From contig JAHRHZ010000217.1 of NCBI GenBank assembly GCA_024137785.1, positions 4,907,013 through 4,971,012 on the forward strand: a DNA stretch of 64,000 nucleotides, given 5' to 3'. Below, piece by piece: positions 1 through 12,559 of the stretch. Positions within the stretch are counted from its first letter, which is position 1; every line of letters starts with the position of its first letter. The notes under the pieces were generated by a model, which ran no database searches, was not told where the DNA came from, and saw nothing but the letters and a program-made list of their open reading frames with translations. A program made the position numbers and the translations under genes. The DNA comes from Ginglymostoma cirratum (taxonomy: Eukaryota).

Positions 1-714
1 GACCATCCAAACCATACACCAACAAACCCAATCAATCACCGACTCCACTGAAGCTGCAAGTCCTCAGTCACAACCTGAGGTGAAAACCCACTCGCAAAAC
101 CCACCAAAAGTGAAGAAAATCAGTTACTCACCAGATAAGTTCAAAGCCCACCTTATCGCATGAGCGGATTCAACCCAAGCTGAAAGAAACATTCACAGTC
201 TGAAGTCTTCATCCAGGCTCTGGGTACGGCAAGCCAGAACAACCCTTGGGACTTCAAAATCATGTTCTGGGTGGTGAGCAGAACTCCCGAGACCCCAAAG
301 TTCTGATCTAGCTAGCAGGGATGGGAAGGCGGGTGGTCCCACTGCCTTGGGGCCCTATTAGTAAGAATCTGGTTAAGAGTGTAAATTTAGATACTATTTG
401 TTTTCTGTTTGCCAGTAAACAGTGTTGAACAGTGGTGATCCCTCCTTCATAGTTTATTTTAACTGCTCACATGTTCCTGTGTATTCATATTCATTGTATT
501 AATTTCTTAGAATTTACTAAGTTAATCATTTTTTGTATTACAATAGCTTTTCATACCTTAAGTGAATATAGATTATTTTGCCCTTAAACATCTGTCTAAT
601 GTGTCTTCATTCACATCCCCTTAAATAAGTCCAGTGTCCAGAACCAGGGGTCTGGGAGAAATTAGAACTGCTCAAAGATCAGGAAAATAACTGATCACAA
701 ACCAGAACCCTACA
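1..714 (+). mobile_element. Possible 3' part of an LTR (solo-LTR-like), truncated by the window edge
   Basis: Ends in ...ACCCTACA at 714 with an abrupt switch to G-rich repeat sequence; no PBS, PPT or coding motif seen. Inference only. Confidence 0.2.
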
Positions 715-1181
715 GTAGTAGACACCATGGAGGTTGATAGAGGGGCAGGGACTGGGTATGAGACACTGTAGGGGAGAGTAGAGTAGTATAGCTTTGCAAT
801 GGAGGCTATGAGGGGTCATGGAGAGGTGGGAATGGTATCAGGTGGCAAGGGTTGATATGGATGTGATTTGAGTGTGTGTAGGTGAGGGCTGGAAGGCCGT
901 TTATTTTTCATTGAACTTGACTTTCACAAAATCGGGTGATACCTGGGATTTTTAGCAATGCAAGGAGGGATTCGAATCTGGAAGTCACACTCTTGTTTCT
1001 AATAGTTCCTATTTACATAGTGGATGAAAGGGACTGTGATGTAAAGCACACAGGAAGCCAGACTTTGACCATTTAAACTCAACCCACAGAACAAGAAAGT
1101 CTGATTTTCAATCCACAAATGACTTCAAACATAACTTCAAGGTGGAAACCTAAATACTTAAGGCAACTGGCAAACTATTGA

Positions 1182-1244
1182 CCTTTCCTGCTCCTATGAT
1201 GCTGCTTGACCTGCTGTGCTCATCCAGCCCCATGCTTGTTATCT
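1182..1244 (+). mobile_element. Extremely 5'-truncated Penelope-like element 3' end with TSD
   Basis: Near-identical to PLE 3' end at 44106-44167; flanked by CTGGCAAACTATTGA at 1167-1181 and 1243-1257. Confidence 0.85.
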
Positions 1245-1271
1245 GGCAAACTATTGAGGTGCATTCTACTT

Positions 1272-1597
1272 TTTTCCATTGCATTGACAGGATGTGAGAA
1301 TCACTGGCTAGACCAGCTCCCGAATTGCCCAGAGGGCAGGTAAGAGTCAATTACATTGCTGGGCAGTTCTGAAATCTCATGTAGACTAGACCAGGTAAGA
1401 ACAGTGGATTTCTGTAAGGACACGATTGAACCAGATGAGTTTTCGGACAATGGTTGTCATTAGATTTTTAATTCCAGATTTTTATTGAACTCAAATTCCA
1501 CCATCTGCCAAGGCAGGATTCAAACCCGGATCCACAGAATATTACCTGGGTCTCTGGATTAATAATCTGGTCATAATACCACCAGGACATTACCTCA
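1272..1597 (-). mobile_element. tRNA-derived SINE with LINE-derived 3' tail
   Basis: Reverse-strand B-box-like GGGTTTGAATCC (~1516-1528), tRNA-like head near 1597; clearly homologous to 52890-53232. Confidence 0.75.
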
Positions 1598-1640
1598 ACA
1601 TTTTTAGAAATGGCAAATGGGAGCTGGATCTAGAAGTTCT

Positions 1641-1858
1641 AAGTCCAAAGATGTGCTGGCTAAGTGGATTGGCCATGCTAAAAAAAAAATTACCCCATAG
1701 TGTCCAGGGATGTACGGCCATGGTGGATTAGCCTGGGAAATGCAGGGTTACAGGGATAGGGCAGGGGTGTAGGGTCTGAGTGGGATACTCTTGGGAGGGT
1801 CAGTGTGGACTCGATGGGAAAATGGCCTGCTTCCACACTGTAGGGATTCTATGATTCT
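1641..1858 (+). mobile_element. HE1-like (V-SINE type) elasmobranch SINE, 3' portion
   Basis: GATGTGC..GTGGATTGGCCATGCTAAA.. body and CR1-like tail ATGGCCTGCTTCCACACTGTAGGGATTCTATGATTCT; recognised from memory. Confidence 0.7.
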
Positions 1859-1935
1859 GCTCACATTTAGGAAAGTTCCCGTTTTACCGAGTAAGGGAAT
1901 GGTGGCACAGCAAGAATCACAAAAGCATAGGCTAT

Positions 1936-2597
1936 TCAGCCTATCAATGCCCCTCATGATTTTATAAACCTCTATAAGGTCACCCCTCAGCCTCTGACGC
2001 TCCAGGGAAAGTCGCCCCAGTCTATACAGTGTTTCCCAAAGCTCAGATCCTCCAACCCTGGCAACATCCTTGTAAATCTTTTCTGAACCCTTTCAAGTTT
2101 CACAACATCCTTCCTATAGCAGGGAGACCAGAATTGAATGCAGTATTCCAAAAGTGGCCTACCATTGTCCTATACAGCTGCAACATGACCTCCCAACTCC
2201 TATACTCAAAGCCCTGAACAAGAAGGGCATGCATACAAAATGCCTCCTTCACTATCCTGTCTACCTGTGACTCCACTTTCGAGGAACTATGAACCAACAT
2301 CCCAAGGTCTTTTCATTCAGCAACACTCCCCAGGACATAACCATAAAGTGTGAAAGTCCTGCCCTGATTTGTCTTTCTAAAATTCAGTGCCTCATATTTA
2401 TCCAAATTAATGGGCCACTTGTTGGCCCATTAGCCCATCTGATCAAGATCCCGTTGTACTCTGAGATAACCTTCTTTGCTGACCACTACACCTCCAATTT
2501 TGCTGTCATCTGCAAACTTACTAACCACACCTCCTACATTCACATCCAAATCATTTATAAAAATACAAAAAGCAGTGGACCCAGCACCGATCCTTGT
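1936..2597 (-). mobile_element. CR1 LINE ORF2 (RT) fragment, degraded
   Basis: Minus strand encodes QGSVLGPL.., SKFADD, YRSWEVMLQLYRTMV; homologous to 56591-57490. Confidence 0.9.
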
Positions 2598-2893
2598 CAA
2601 ACATTGAGGTCAAATAGATATAATTTTAATAAAGGCTTTGTCATTCAGAATGCAAGTCACAAATTTGAGGAAAAGACATTAATGGTTGTGAAGGGTGGAC
2701 AATGTGTGTAGAACTGACAAGCTGTGAAGTTACTTAAGTTGCTAACATTTCTGAAAGTAAAGAAAAAGCCTGCTTAGTGAGATTTCAAAAATCATCTCAA
2801 ACTATGGATATAATTAATCTTTCAGATCTTTAAAGAAAATGAAAAGAACAAAGTTTGCCTGTGTCAGTGAGAGTTAAAGAAACTTTGGTTTGC

Positions 2894-3229
2894 AAATAAA
2901 AACCAAAAGAACTGCGGATGCTGTAAATCAGGAGCAAAAACAAAGTTGCTGGAAAAGTTCAGCAGGTCTGGCAGCATCTGTGAAGGAGAAAACAGAGTTA
3001 ATGTTTTGGGTCCGATGACCCTTCCTCAGAACTGAAACAGCAAGCCGTTGTTAACAACAGAGTTCACCTGTAAGATGACGATCTTTTCAAGTAAAGATCA
3101 AGACAATTGATTAAAAGCTATGGAACTTAAGCTTTCAAGGATCACGGAACCTGAAACGTTAACTCTGTTTTCTCGTCCACAGATGCTGCCAGACCTGCTG
3201 AGCTTTTCCAGCAACTTTGTTTTTGTTCC
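2894..3229. mobile_element. Fold-back Penelope-derived mini-element with hammerhead remnants and ~100 bp central filler
   Basis: Inverted arms ~2927-3033 and 3137-3229; TSD TTGGTTT(G/A)CAAATA at 2885-2898 and 3230-3243. Confidence 0.8.
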
Positions 3230-3410
3230 TTGGTTTACAAATAGTTGGCTTCCGATATTACTCTAAGAGCATTCTGACTTAGACTGGTTAAATGTGTTTC
3301 AATTCTCATACCAGCAATTTGTCTGCTTGTTTTCAGCTAACAATTATCCCTGCAGGAATGTTGTAAATTCAGTTTGATTGATAGATCAAAGGGGTAGCTA
3401 AATGGTTAAC

Positions 3411-3492
3411 AAAAGCAGAATTTGCTGGCAAAGCTCAGCAGGTCTGGCAGCATCTGTGAAGAAAAAATCAGAGTTAACGTTTCGGATCCGGT
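3411..3492 (-). mobile_element. PLE 3' end fragment containing the 3' half of the hammerhead motif
   Basis: Reverse complement reads GGATCC-GAAACGTT-AACT...CACAGATGCTGCCAGACCTGCTGAG, as at 3150-3205. Confidence 0.75.
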
Positions 3493-4242
3493 AAATACAA
3501 ATCTGTTTGTTTAAATAAATGATTATCAATTGGGAAATTTCAAATTTTTGAAAGGGCTTTTTATGAATAGGAGTATGTTTTATGGTGAACAGTTTAACGG
3601 ATACGTAGAACATTATTTTGTTTTGTTTCAACATCACCACTGAGATCTTTTCCTGATGAATACTCTATGAATCGCATGGAGAGTTTACAAGGTCATGGTA
3701 TGTGTGGCAGACTTTCAACATTGAAATGGCATAGGAATTATAATGAGCCATGGAAGTAAGTGGGGATGTATGGGTTGACATGGAGGATATGAAGGGCCAT
3801 TTGGGTGGGTAGGCATGAGTTGGCATGGAATCTAGTGGGAGTTATGATGAGTTGGTGCAGGGCATAAGCTAACAAAGAGGATGAGGGAACATAAGTTCCC
3901 ATGAGGGTGGGGAAGTGGGCACTTGGTGATAGAGTATGAGATGTGAAGGTTGGAACACCAAATATCTAACAAAATACCTGGATGAGATCCCAGGAAACTG
4001 AGATAGGCCTTTTAACCACTGCTTCAGCACACAGCAACACTTTCACCCGTTTTGAATCTGCATCCTGGAGAAACAGGCCTGATACAATCCCTCACTGATC
4101 CCTCCCACCCCTCCATGACTTCCCCATACACAACCTCCAAAAAATGTCTAATAACAAACCTTTTCCCAAGGTGAGTGCAGTGAGTTGGAAAATTTCCAGC
4201 AGTAAAGATTTGGCCCATTTTCCATTTCCAATACAAACATCA

Positions 4243-4605
4243 GCCAGAGGCTGCAGAAAGCCTCATCCATGCCTTTGTTATCATCATATTAACTACTAGA
4301 ATGGATCCCATCTTCCATTCCTCATAGATTTGATCTCATCCAAAACTCTGCTGCTTAGCAAGGCACATTCACCCATCTCTTTTGTGCTTGCTCAACTAGG
4401 TATACTCCATTTCCACTATTCCAAATTTAGAATTAGTAAAGTTGTGTTCAAATCTTTCCATTTTCTCAACCTTCCTTGTACCTATTTTCTTTTCCACCAT
4501 ACAACCCTCCGAAAAGATACACTTCTCTAGTTTTATTCTCCTGTGCATCCTTTCTTCACCTCAAAACTAGCCTTCAGCTCTTAAAACCCTGAAATCATGA
4601 ATTCC
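4243..4605 (+). mobile_element. L2 LINE ORF2 C-terminal relic
   Basis: Decayed AESLIHAFV..., LIQNSAA..., SPISFVLAQL motifs typical of L2 ORF2 C-terminus. Confidence 0.65.
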
Positions 4606-4979
4606 TGCTTTTGTTGAAAGCAAATCACAGAAAAAAATGTGTATTCACTAGCATGATATATTATTGCTGGCTGTAAACAAGTTTGAAACCTTTCTCGTTG
4701 ACCTGCACGTCAACACTCTGACCAAAGTAACACTGAGGACTGTCTGAATCATTGGGCCTTTGGCAAAATTGCAATGGTTTATTTTGCTGCTGCCATTTGA
4801 TAAACTACTTGCTCAGCTAAACAATGGCTTCTTTGATCAGTGTTAATGCCTGGAAGATTGTGTTATGTCAGTTCTGACCTTAGTGACAGGATGATATGAC
4901 ACTGATGCAGAATATTATGTTTGTCAGCAGCACAGTGACTGTGGATGTCTGGATGAGAGCAACATCCCATCTGCCTTCA

Positions 4980-5160
4980 CAGTTGATGTAATCAATCCTA
5001 TTGCACTATTTTGAAGAAAAGCAGAGTGTTCTTCTGGTGTCCTGGTTAACATCAGTCCTCTAATCAACATCACTCAAGCAGATATTCTAAATTGTTAGTT
5101 AAGGGAGCTTGTGTGCAAATTAGCTGTTGTGTTTCCAACATTGCAGCAGTGACTACAAGA
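4980..5160 (+). mobile_element. Deu-domain SINE (AmnSINE1/SacSINE-like) core relic
   Basis: GCACTATTTTGAAGAAAAGCAG..GGTGTCCTGG..CAACATCACT..GGGAGCTTGTGTGCAAATT..CAGTGACTACA resembles the Deu core as I recall it. Confidence 0.65.
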
Positions 5161-6983
5161 CTTATTTTTTGAAATGGACCACTGTTTTGTTGTAAAACAC
5201 AGCTACCATAAGCATTCTTCAGCGTTCAACTAAAGGTTGGGTCAGTATCTCTTGTGTGCAAATGGCAATAGTTGGGAGCATGTATTTCCTGTAACATCTG
5301 GCTAGACTGGTATCAACCCTTCTGGTCCTCCAACACAAAGGGACAGAGAACTTCCATGACCTCTTTGGAAATAAGAGAGGGGCAACTAGCATCCATCCAG
5401 AAATGAATATTTATTTCTCCTCAGCTATCTGCAGTAAAAACACAACAAGTATCAAAGTAAATTGAGAAATAAGATTCCTGTTGGCTCCTTGTAAAATACC
5501 TGCTGACTACTGAGCTTTTAAAATCTACTTTGAGCTTTTAAGAGTTGCCTAGCAATACTAAACCATCAATCTTTTTTTTAATGTAGTACCATCTGATCTC
5601 TGTACTGTTGCTTCTAACGTGGTGTGATTGGCAAACAATGTGGATCAGGCAGTAAACTGCAAATAGGACATGTGACAGTACCATTATAATTGCTTTTAAG
5701 TACACAATTGTGTTTTTGAAATGAGCATTTTCACAAACTCTAGAAAATGGTCTGAAAAATTCAATGTTAAAAGGAGTAGGAATCTGATATAATAGATTGT
5801 TGACACAACACTTGCTTACACTGAATCAAATGGTTTCAAAAAATGAAGCAACGTTTACAGGAAAATGTAGCCTCAATGTTCTAATTGTGGTCGACAACAG
5901 AATTAATAAGACAGTAATGACTATTCTCTTGGCTCTAATCTCATGAGTAAAGGTATGAAGGAGATGAAGGTTTTGAATAGATACCTACAACCCTTGTAAA
6001 GCTCTGTCAATAGAACTTAAAAGTATGTTCAGAGAGCAAGGTATACATTTATCTGTTAACTGTCATTGCAAAGAAAGTGACGCTTCATTATTTAATGAAA
6101 GTACATAAATCCCAGTTCAATATATTGAGTAAAATTACTCATTATTGCAGGCAAGTGAAATCTGATGTTTTATAAACAACATCTGCCATACAACACAAGG
6201 GAAGAACGAAAGCTGAAGTCAATTTGATCATTCATCTTATGATTGCAATGTGCTTACTTTAATAAAATCTCAGGATAAAATTAAAATTAGATACAAAAGG
6301 ATAGAAACTGAGTATTCTAAGAGTTGTGCAAAACATTGTGTTCACTCCATATAAAATAGTGGGGTCAGCACAAGGGGAATAATTGGTTGGTGACTATGAT
6401 GGGGTGAAATGACCAAATGAATCATTCAACACCCAGGTCCACTTTAACCATCAAGGAGTTTATTGTTTTATACCAGCCCAGAGATGTCTCCACTGAAAAG
6501 GGAAACATGCAGTTTAAATTCAATTACTCAGCTCTTTATGGCTGGCTCTCATATACCTACTCATCCAATAACCTGGGGATCTTCAAATCATATGAATGCA
6601 ATGTCAGTGCATGGTCAGGCCCTTCCCTTCTATCCTATGATGAATCCCAGACTTTGGACCAGCCTGGTACAGAGGCTTCCATCAGCATTTCTCAGGGCTG
6701 TACCTTATCTGGCCGTCTGTACACAAGCAGCTACATCTGTTTCTGTTCTGCATTTCACAAGAACATTTGTACAATACCTTAACCTAGTTACCGAGGATAT
6801 AGTCCTTCTATGAGGACAGCTAATTACTCTAGCTCATAGGTTTACTTCAAACAGCAGACCATGGGAGCTGCAGCTTCAGTTAAAGATCCATCTCAGCCAT
6901 TTTGTCAACTGATAACCCCTTTCAGCCATTTCATACAGCATCAGCCATAGGCAGCCCCAATAAGTAACTGTAGAGTCTTCATT

Positions 6984-7157
6984 ATTTTTTCTTCATTCAG
7001 AGGATGTGGAGGTCATTGACTGGGTCAGCATTTGTTACCCATCCTTAATTGCCCTTGAGAAAATAATGGTGAGTTGCTTTCTTGAACCACCGCAGTGTAT
7101 ACACACCTACACTGCTGTTGGACAGGGAGTTCCATGACTTTGAACCAATGATAGTGA
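6984..7157 (-). mobile_element. LINE (CR1/L2-group) 3' terminal fragment
   Basis: Reverse complement of the GGGCAATTAAGGATGGG.AA.AAATG tail seen on plus at 59580-59752. Confidence 0.7.
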
Positions 7158-7638
7158 CTTATTTGACCCTTTGTTTCATTTTTGTTCATTAAGCTAAGAA
7201 TCCAACAAATAGAGATGGGCCAGAAACCAAGAAATTGTGCGTCCATGGTTTGCTTTTTATAGCAATTCATGTCCTGCACGACCAAATGTGCAGGAAGTGT
7301 CTTGAGTTATAATCGCTTGAGGTCTGAGTTTTGTAGGTTGAACAGAAGTTGGCATCACTGTAGCTCAACCAGGAATGTTTTGTGTATAATATATTTCTGG
7401 GTGTTGTCACCCTGCAAATTGACTATATGTAGGTAGAGGAATTGAGCAATTGACAGTCAGTCAAAAAATGCCAGGCAGGCTTTGCATCTGAGCACAATAA
7501 AAGGTCAGGAATAAGAACCCCTTGCAACACTGGGTGTTCTGACCTATAAGGAAGCTTATTCCCTTCACGCACGCATTACTTGTATTATGTCTATGACCTC
7601 TTGAGAACTGCATCTTTGATTATCCAGTCTCATCTCAC

Positions 7639-7841
7639 CTCTGGAGCTTCAAGTCAGTGCAGAGCAGGCTGTTGTCATTGTTAATTCTCACCCTGCTGCT
7701 CTTCTTGACCTCACTGGTCACCTTCATCCCCATCTGAGGTCCAGAGTAAGACATCATGTTGATCTGATAGTTCACAGTTCCAGAGTAGAGGGCAACGTTA
7801 CAAACATCTAAATTTGCCAAAATCATCTCCAGTGAATGTAT
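7639..7841 (-). CDS. Candidate internal coding exon of an unidentified host gene (IHSLEMILANLDVCNV...LCTDLKLQR)
   Basis: Polypyrimidine tract ctgctttctttccctttgtttaaaaAG, 203-nt open frame with GC-rich third positions, donor AG|GTGAG; no repeat motif seen; no protein recognised. Confidence 0.3.
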
Positions 7842-8722
7842 CTTTTTAAACAAAGGGAAAGAAAGCAGCTGAGAGGTTTCAATGTTTATTGGGATGCTTT
7901 TCTTTTGTTGGTGTCCCCATGTGTCTGCTGCTTTCATGTCTCTTTAACTGCTGCTTTATTTCTACCATGTTGTCACTGGTGAGTTCCACTCAGAAGTCTA
8001 TGCATGGTGAAATTGCAATAGCGATATTAATACGTCTGCAATTTAGAGAAATTATCAATGTTTCTCTCCGGTTCACACATGGCCTAACATGATTCAGTTC
8101 AATGCGGAAGGCAAAGAGTTGGACCCAGCTTCTTAACACATTATTAATCCCTCCCTTTTCAAGCCAGAGATGATGCCAAACTCACCAATGCCTTCAACCT
8201 AAAATGCAACCTTTGTTTAAACATCCTGTCACAGACATTGAACAATCCAGGGTAAGTATATGTACTTACAGTAACATATTTCAAAGTCCAATTGATAGGT
8301 AGTTGTTCAGGATGTTAAGAAGTTCGTGTCATTTGTCTCATGTATCTCTAGAAAGTACAGTGTGGGTTTATTTTTGATGAAGTCACAGAAATGGAAGTGG
8401 GAGATATTTATAGTTTAGATATTCTCTAAAATTGGCACAGAGTCACAAAGTAGCCATGCTACCCATTCATAGTTAGCAAAAGGAGGTCAAAAAAAAACAT
8501 TGTTGGATTCAACATGTTGAATGTGGTGGCAGTTAAGCTGTGGGTACCAGATGGGTTCACCACATTGACTTTTAATGGAGGGAAATTGACTGGCTATCAT
8601 ACTGACCAAGCTAGAACGGTGGCTAGAGCCAATCCCAGATGGAATTGAAAGCAGACTATTTGTATTTCTACAGACTCATCTTCTTTCTCCTTAAAGATGC
8701 TGTAAAGACAAAATAAAACACC

Positions 8723-9780
8723 AGGGCTGGAATGTTGAAAGGGCCTCAACAACATGGTCTATGGTGAGGTTTATGGCAGGAAGCTGCATGAAGGCTACCA
8801 AAGCCTATTTTGCATTGGGAACAGCCCACTGCATCTTTTTTTGTCTGTGCCAAGTGGTGAGGCAAGCTTCTTGCTAGGCAGTGGCAAGATGCCAATTAAG
8901 GAGGATGATATCTTATTAAAAACTTGTTAAGGACACAAAGTAGCTCATTAACTTTCAATTTTCTATCTTACCAAACACACTTAAACAAGCTAAACATCTG
9001 AGCGTCAAAGTCGGTACTTGTCAACTTCAGCTTACCATTTGCTGAGAACAGCCCCTATGTTGATCAGCACCAGAGAGCATCTCAGAGCAGAATCCATTGA
9101 CACTAGCTGCACATAACCCTTACACATGGAGATTGTGTTCAAACATTTGCCGACCACTCAAGACCATCGTGGCACCTCTCTGATCCAATTTCAGGCCACT
9201 TAGAAAGCACAGATTTGCATTGCAGTGCACATTAGTATTTAGCATTGAAAATCTACTGCAAGGACACTTCATACACAGTGACAGGCACCCGGCTCATCAC
9301 AGGATCTGGCCACATCCCAGGGCTGCTCTCTTACTCTCGTAGCACTCACTCACTTACTGCCTACGTGAATGCTCACAGAACACACGCCTTGCAATACTGT
9401 AGCTTGCCAGTTAGAAAGTTGGTGCTTCAGAAAGGGTTGAAAGCTATCAGGACTGCTATATTGTCATGTTCTTTTGTGCAGACACAGAGTCAGGCTGCTT
9501 CTCTTCCTGGTCAGTAAGGATCTATCTGGAGAGAAGAAATGGTGAGGGAAGGAGAATTCTTGCTGTATGGAACACTAAGATGTCAACTTCACATCTACTG
9601 CATGTTCCAACTGCCTTTGACTCTCCTACAGGGTCAGTACAAGTCGGGGAAACTGTATTATTAACCAGGGAGCTGCAAACACAGCAGTCAGGGGTCTGAT
9701 CAGTTATGTCTAGAAGATGTTGGCAGAGTGTGAGAGATAATGGGGGATATTTGGGCTCTGGGAGAACCACAGGCCACATT
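8723..9780 (+). mobile_element. Possible decayed Harbinger-type DNA transposon fragment
   Basis: Starts GGGCTGGAAT (TIR-like); layout loosely parallels the Myb/SANT relic at 58030-58650. Weak. Confidence 0.25.
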
Positions 9781-11129
9781 AAGCTTCATTCTTTGCCAAC
9801 AGTTTTTATTGTTTAGATGTGAAACATAGTGCAAAAGTTACCGAGCCAACACCCCAGGTGATCAGAGTCATTGACAACTTGCTAGGCAAACAGTAGGATC
9901 TACAGCTGCTGGGTGCTATGATACTTAAGGGGAAAATCCATATAGCGGCCATTTGCAAACTACAGCTACATTTTGTTTGCTATTGTTTCATTGTCCATTT
10001 GCAATGCATGAAACATAAATATGCTTAAGTTTCAAATGCTGGTCAAATGTAGTTTGCACAATCCTAATACTCCCTAGAAAATTGAACATCGCTAACTTCA
10101 GTACCGTTGAGATGCCGATGACTTAAAAAGAGTTTAATTCTGCCTAATATCTAGGACTTATACAGCCTTTAAGAATGCTATTGGAGATGGAGACCATCTG
10201 TCAGTAAGTTTGCTCTGTACTGAATGCAATGAAAAGTTGAATGTTAGATGTAGGTCTGGGAGGGAAAGGAGGTTGCAGACCATTTAGCAATCTGTCTTGA
10301 TCTATTGTGACTCAGCTTCTGTGGCATTTTTACCAAGTTGGTGAACATGCTGAGGCTGAAGCTGAGTGAATGATGGAGACATGGCCCTCATTATTGGGGG
10401 AACTTCCTGTCTTATTGTGTGGAGGAGTGTGTGCAGCCATATCTGCAGGGTATGCCACCAGTGACTGCTTTGGGACCCAAGAACAACTTTCACTCCTTTT
10501 GACGCCCATTAGATGTTCTACTTCTCTGAGTATTCACCAAGCTCATCAAAATTTGTTTGGGCCTTTTTCGGGGTGACTGGATCAGCCACACGATATCTGA
10601 TACAAATAAGCATCCCAACTACCACCTCATTGTATTTGGAAATTATAGATGAAATCTGACATCATTGTGTGAGCTTTGCCCCCATCAGGGTATTTGTATC
10701 TGATGTAGCAATGTTATGTCAGGATCGTAATAACTAGATGTCATTAATGTGATACTGAACAATTCAGCAGATGTTCCTTACAGCTTCTGATACATACATA
10801 TATCATACTTCAGTATATGGGATAATATTAAAGTTATTAGTTACAATTAGCAGCTTCCATCACTATGCCTTGTTTCAAGTGGATTCCAGTTGAGGTGAAG
10901 TCTGAGGCCTTGATACCTTCAGATTCCAGCTATGTTTCTGACATAATACAGTGATGATATCATGAGCATGTCTCTTAAAAGTGCACTGCATAGTATGTGT
11001 GAGACATAACAAATCATTCCTACAAATAGGACGCCAACTTACATTCGTACAAACCTCATGGTGGGAAGAGGAACTCCATCCTATTTCTGTGATTTCCACA
11101 TGAGGTGTGGTCAGCAGTTATTGCACTTT

Positions 11130-11400
11130 CCTAAATGTCCTCGAGAAGGTGAGACACCTTCTTGAACTGCATGCAGTATTTATGGTAAAGGCACTGCCAA
11201 ATTTGGAAATGAAGTTCCAGGATTTCGAATGACCATCTTGTCCTACACCCGGACAGAAATTTTGCAAGTGCTGGTGTTGTCTTGTACCAATCACCTTTGC
11301 TCTTCCGGATTGTGGGTTTAGTAGGTATGACCTTGGCAGGTTTTTGCAGCGCAACTTGTAGTTGGCATATTTGTTGCTAAATTGCATAAAGGTGGAGGGG
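11130..11400 (-). mobile_element. Old LINE 3' fragment (same tail family as 6984-7157)
   Basis: GAGAAGGTG..CTTCTTGAACTGC..GAAGTTCCAGGATTT similarity to 7058-7145. Confidence 0.5.
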
Positions 11401-12559
11401 GTGGGGAGTTGGTAGATGTTTAAAGGCAGTGAATCAAAGGAGCTACATTTAAAGGCATGCCTTAAAAATTACATTAAGCATTTCTTAGTTACCAAGTGCA
11501 AAACTGAGAAGCGCATGCCACAGCTCGCCTGAGTGTCAACGTCTGTCTGTCGGTTTTAAGGTGAAAAGTTCCCAAGTAGTTCAAAAGTGTCCGTAATTTA
11601 GCTTTATGCATATAGTTTTTTGCCAATGAAAAATTTAAAAGACTCTAGATAACAATGCTGTACATACTTTGCAAAATGACAACTTAACAGACCTCATAAC
11701 CCACTCGTAAGATCCATATTTATTAGATATTTTACTCCATTTCATAGAAAAATGTATTTCAGAAAATCATATACTGGTTTCTAAAACAAATTAAGCAATA
11801 ACATAGCTTGCACATAAATGCCACAATGTCACAAAACTATGCTATACATTTGTGATAATCTGGCAAGTGGGAGATGATCCAGTACTAGCAGCCTTTATAA
11901 TCAATGGCCTCAATACTAAGTCCCCTTCCACAATGAGGCCTGAAGGCACAGAGGGGGATTTTATATGAAAGAGGATGTGTAAAATGTGATCCTAACATGC
12001 AATATATGCATTTAAAATGTTTCAGTGCTGAGGGATAGCAGCATGTATGAGTGGCCTGTTTTGGCATGATGCTTAAATAGCATTTTAAAATCAGACTGGG
12101 ATGTGCAATTGGAAGCCTGATTTGGACTTTTTGCATCTGACACAGGACTCACAAACAAACCAGAGCCGTTTAGACCGTGTCAGTACTTCCCACTTTTGCT
12201 GAAAGGAGGTGAAATCTGTGGCTCCATGAATGTAATGGTTGTTTCAGAACCCCAACTGGGACAAGAAAAACATGAGTTCTCCTTCTGTCCTCCCAAACTC
12301 TTTATCACTTCCCAGAACTGATTAGCAGACTTTTCCGAAAAGTTAACCTCCATCACACGCCTCCATCAGATCCGCCGGATCTCCAGCCTCCTTGATTGGC
12401 AGAACCTTCCCTACCCATGGAGCTGCTGATTTCCCACCCTCAAACACGACCAGCTCCTTTCATCCAGCCTCGACCACTGACCTCACCCTCAGTCCAGCTG
12501 GCAACTCTCCCTCAGCCGTCCTTACTGGAGTTGTCTTCTATCCAGTCCTAACCTCTAGA

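Noticed and set aside
132-179. 48-nt minus-strand exon-like unit (tttcAG..GTGAGT)
   Set aside because: Lies in a probable repeat; short and unsupported.
2894-3229. MITE or DNA-transposon interpretation of the inverted repeats
   Set aside because: Arms match PLE 3' ends, are asymmetric, and TSD lengths vary (10-15 bp) between copies, as expected for target-primed retrotransposition.
6417-6960. Overlapping 121 and 116 aa ORFs and a GYQLTKWL motif on minus
   Set aside because: No splice or homology support; a single weak motif is insufficient for a Harbinger call.
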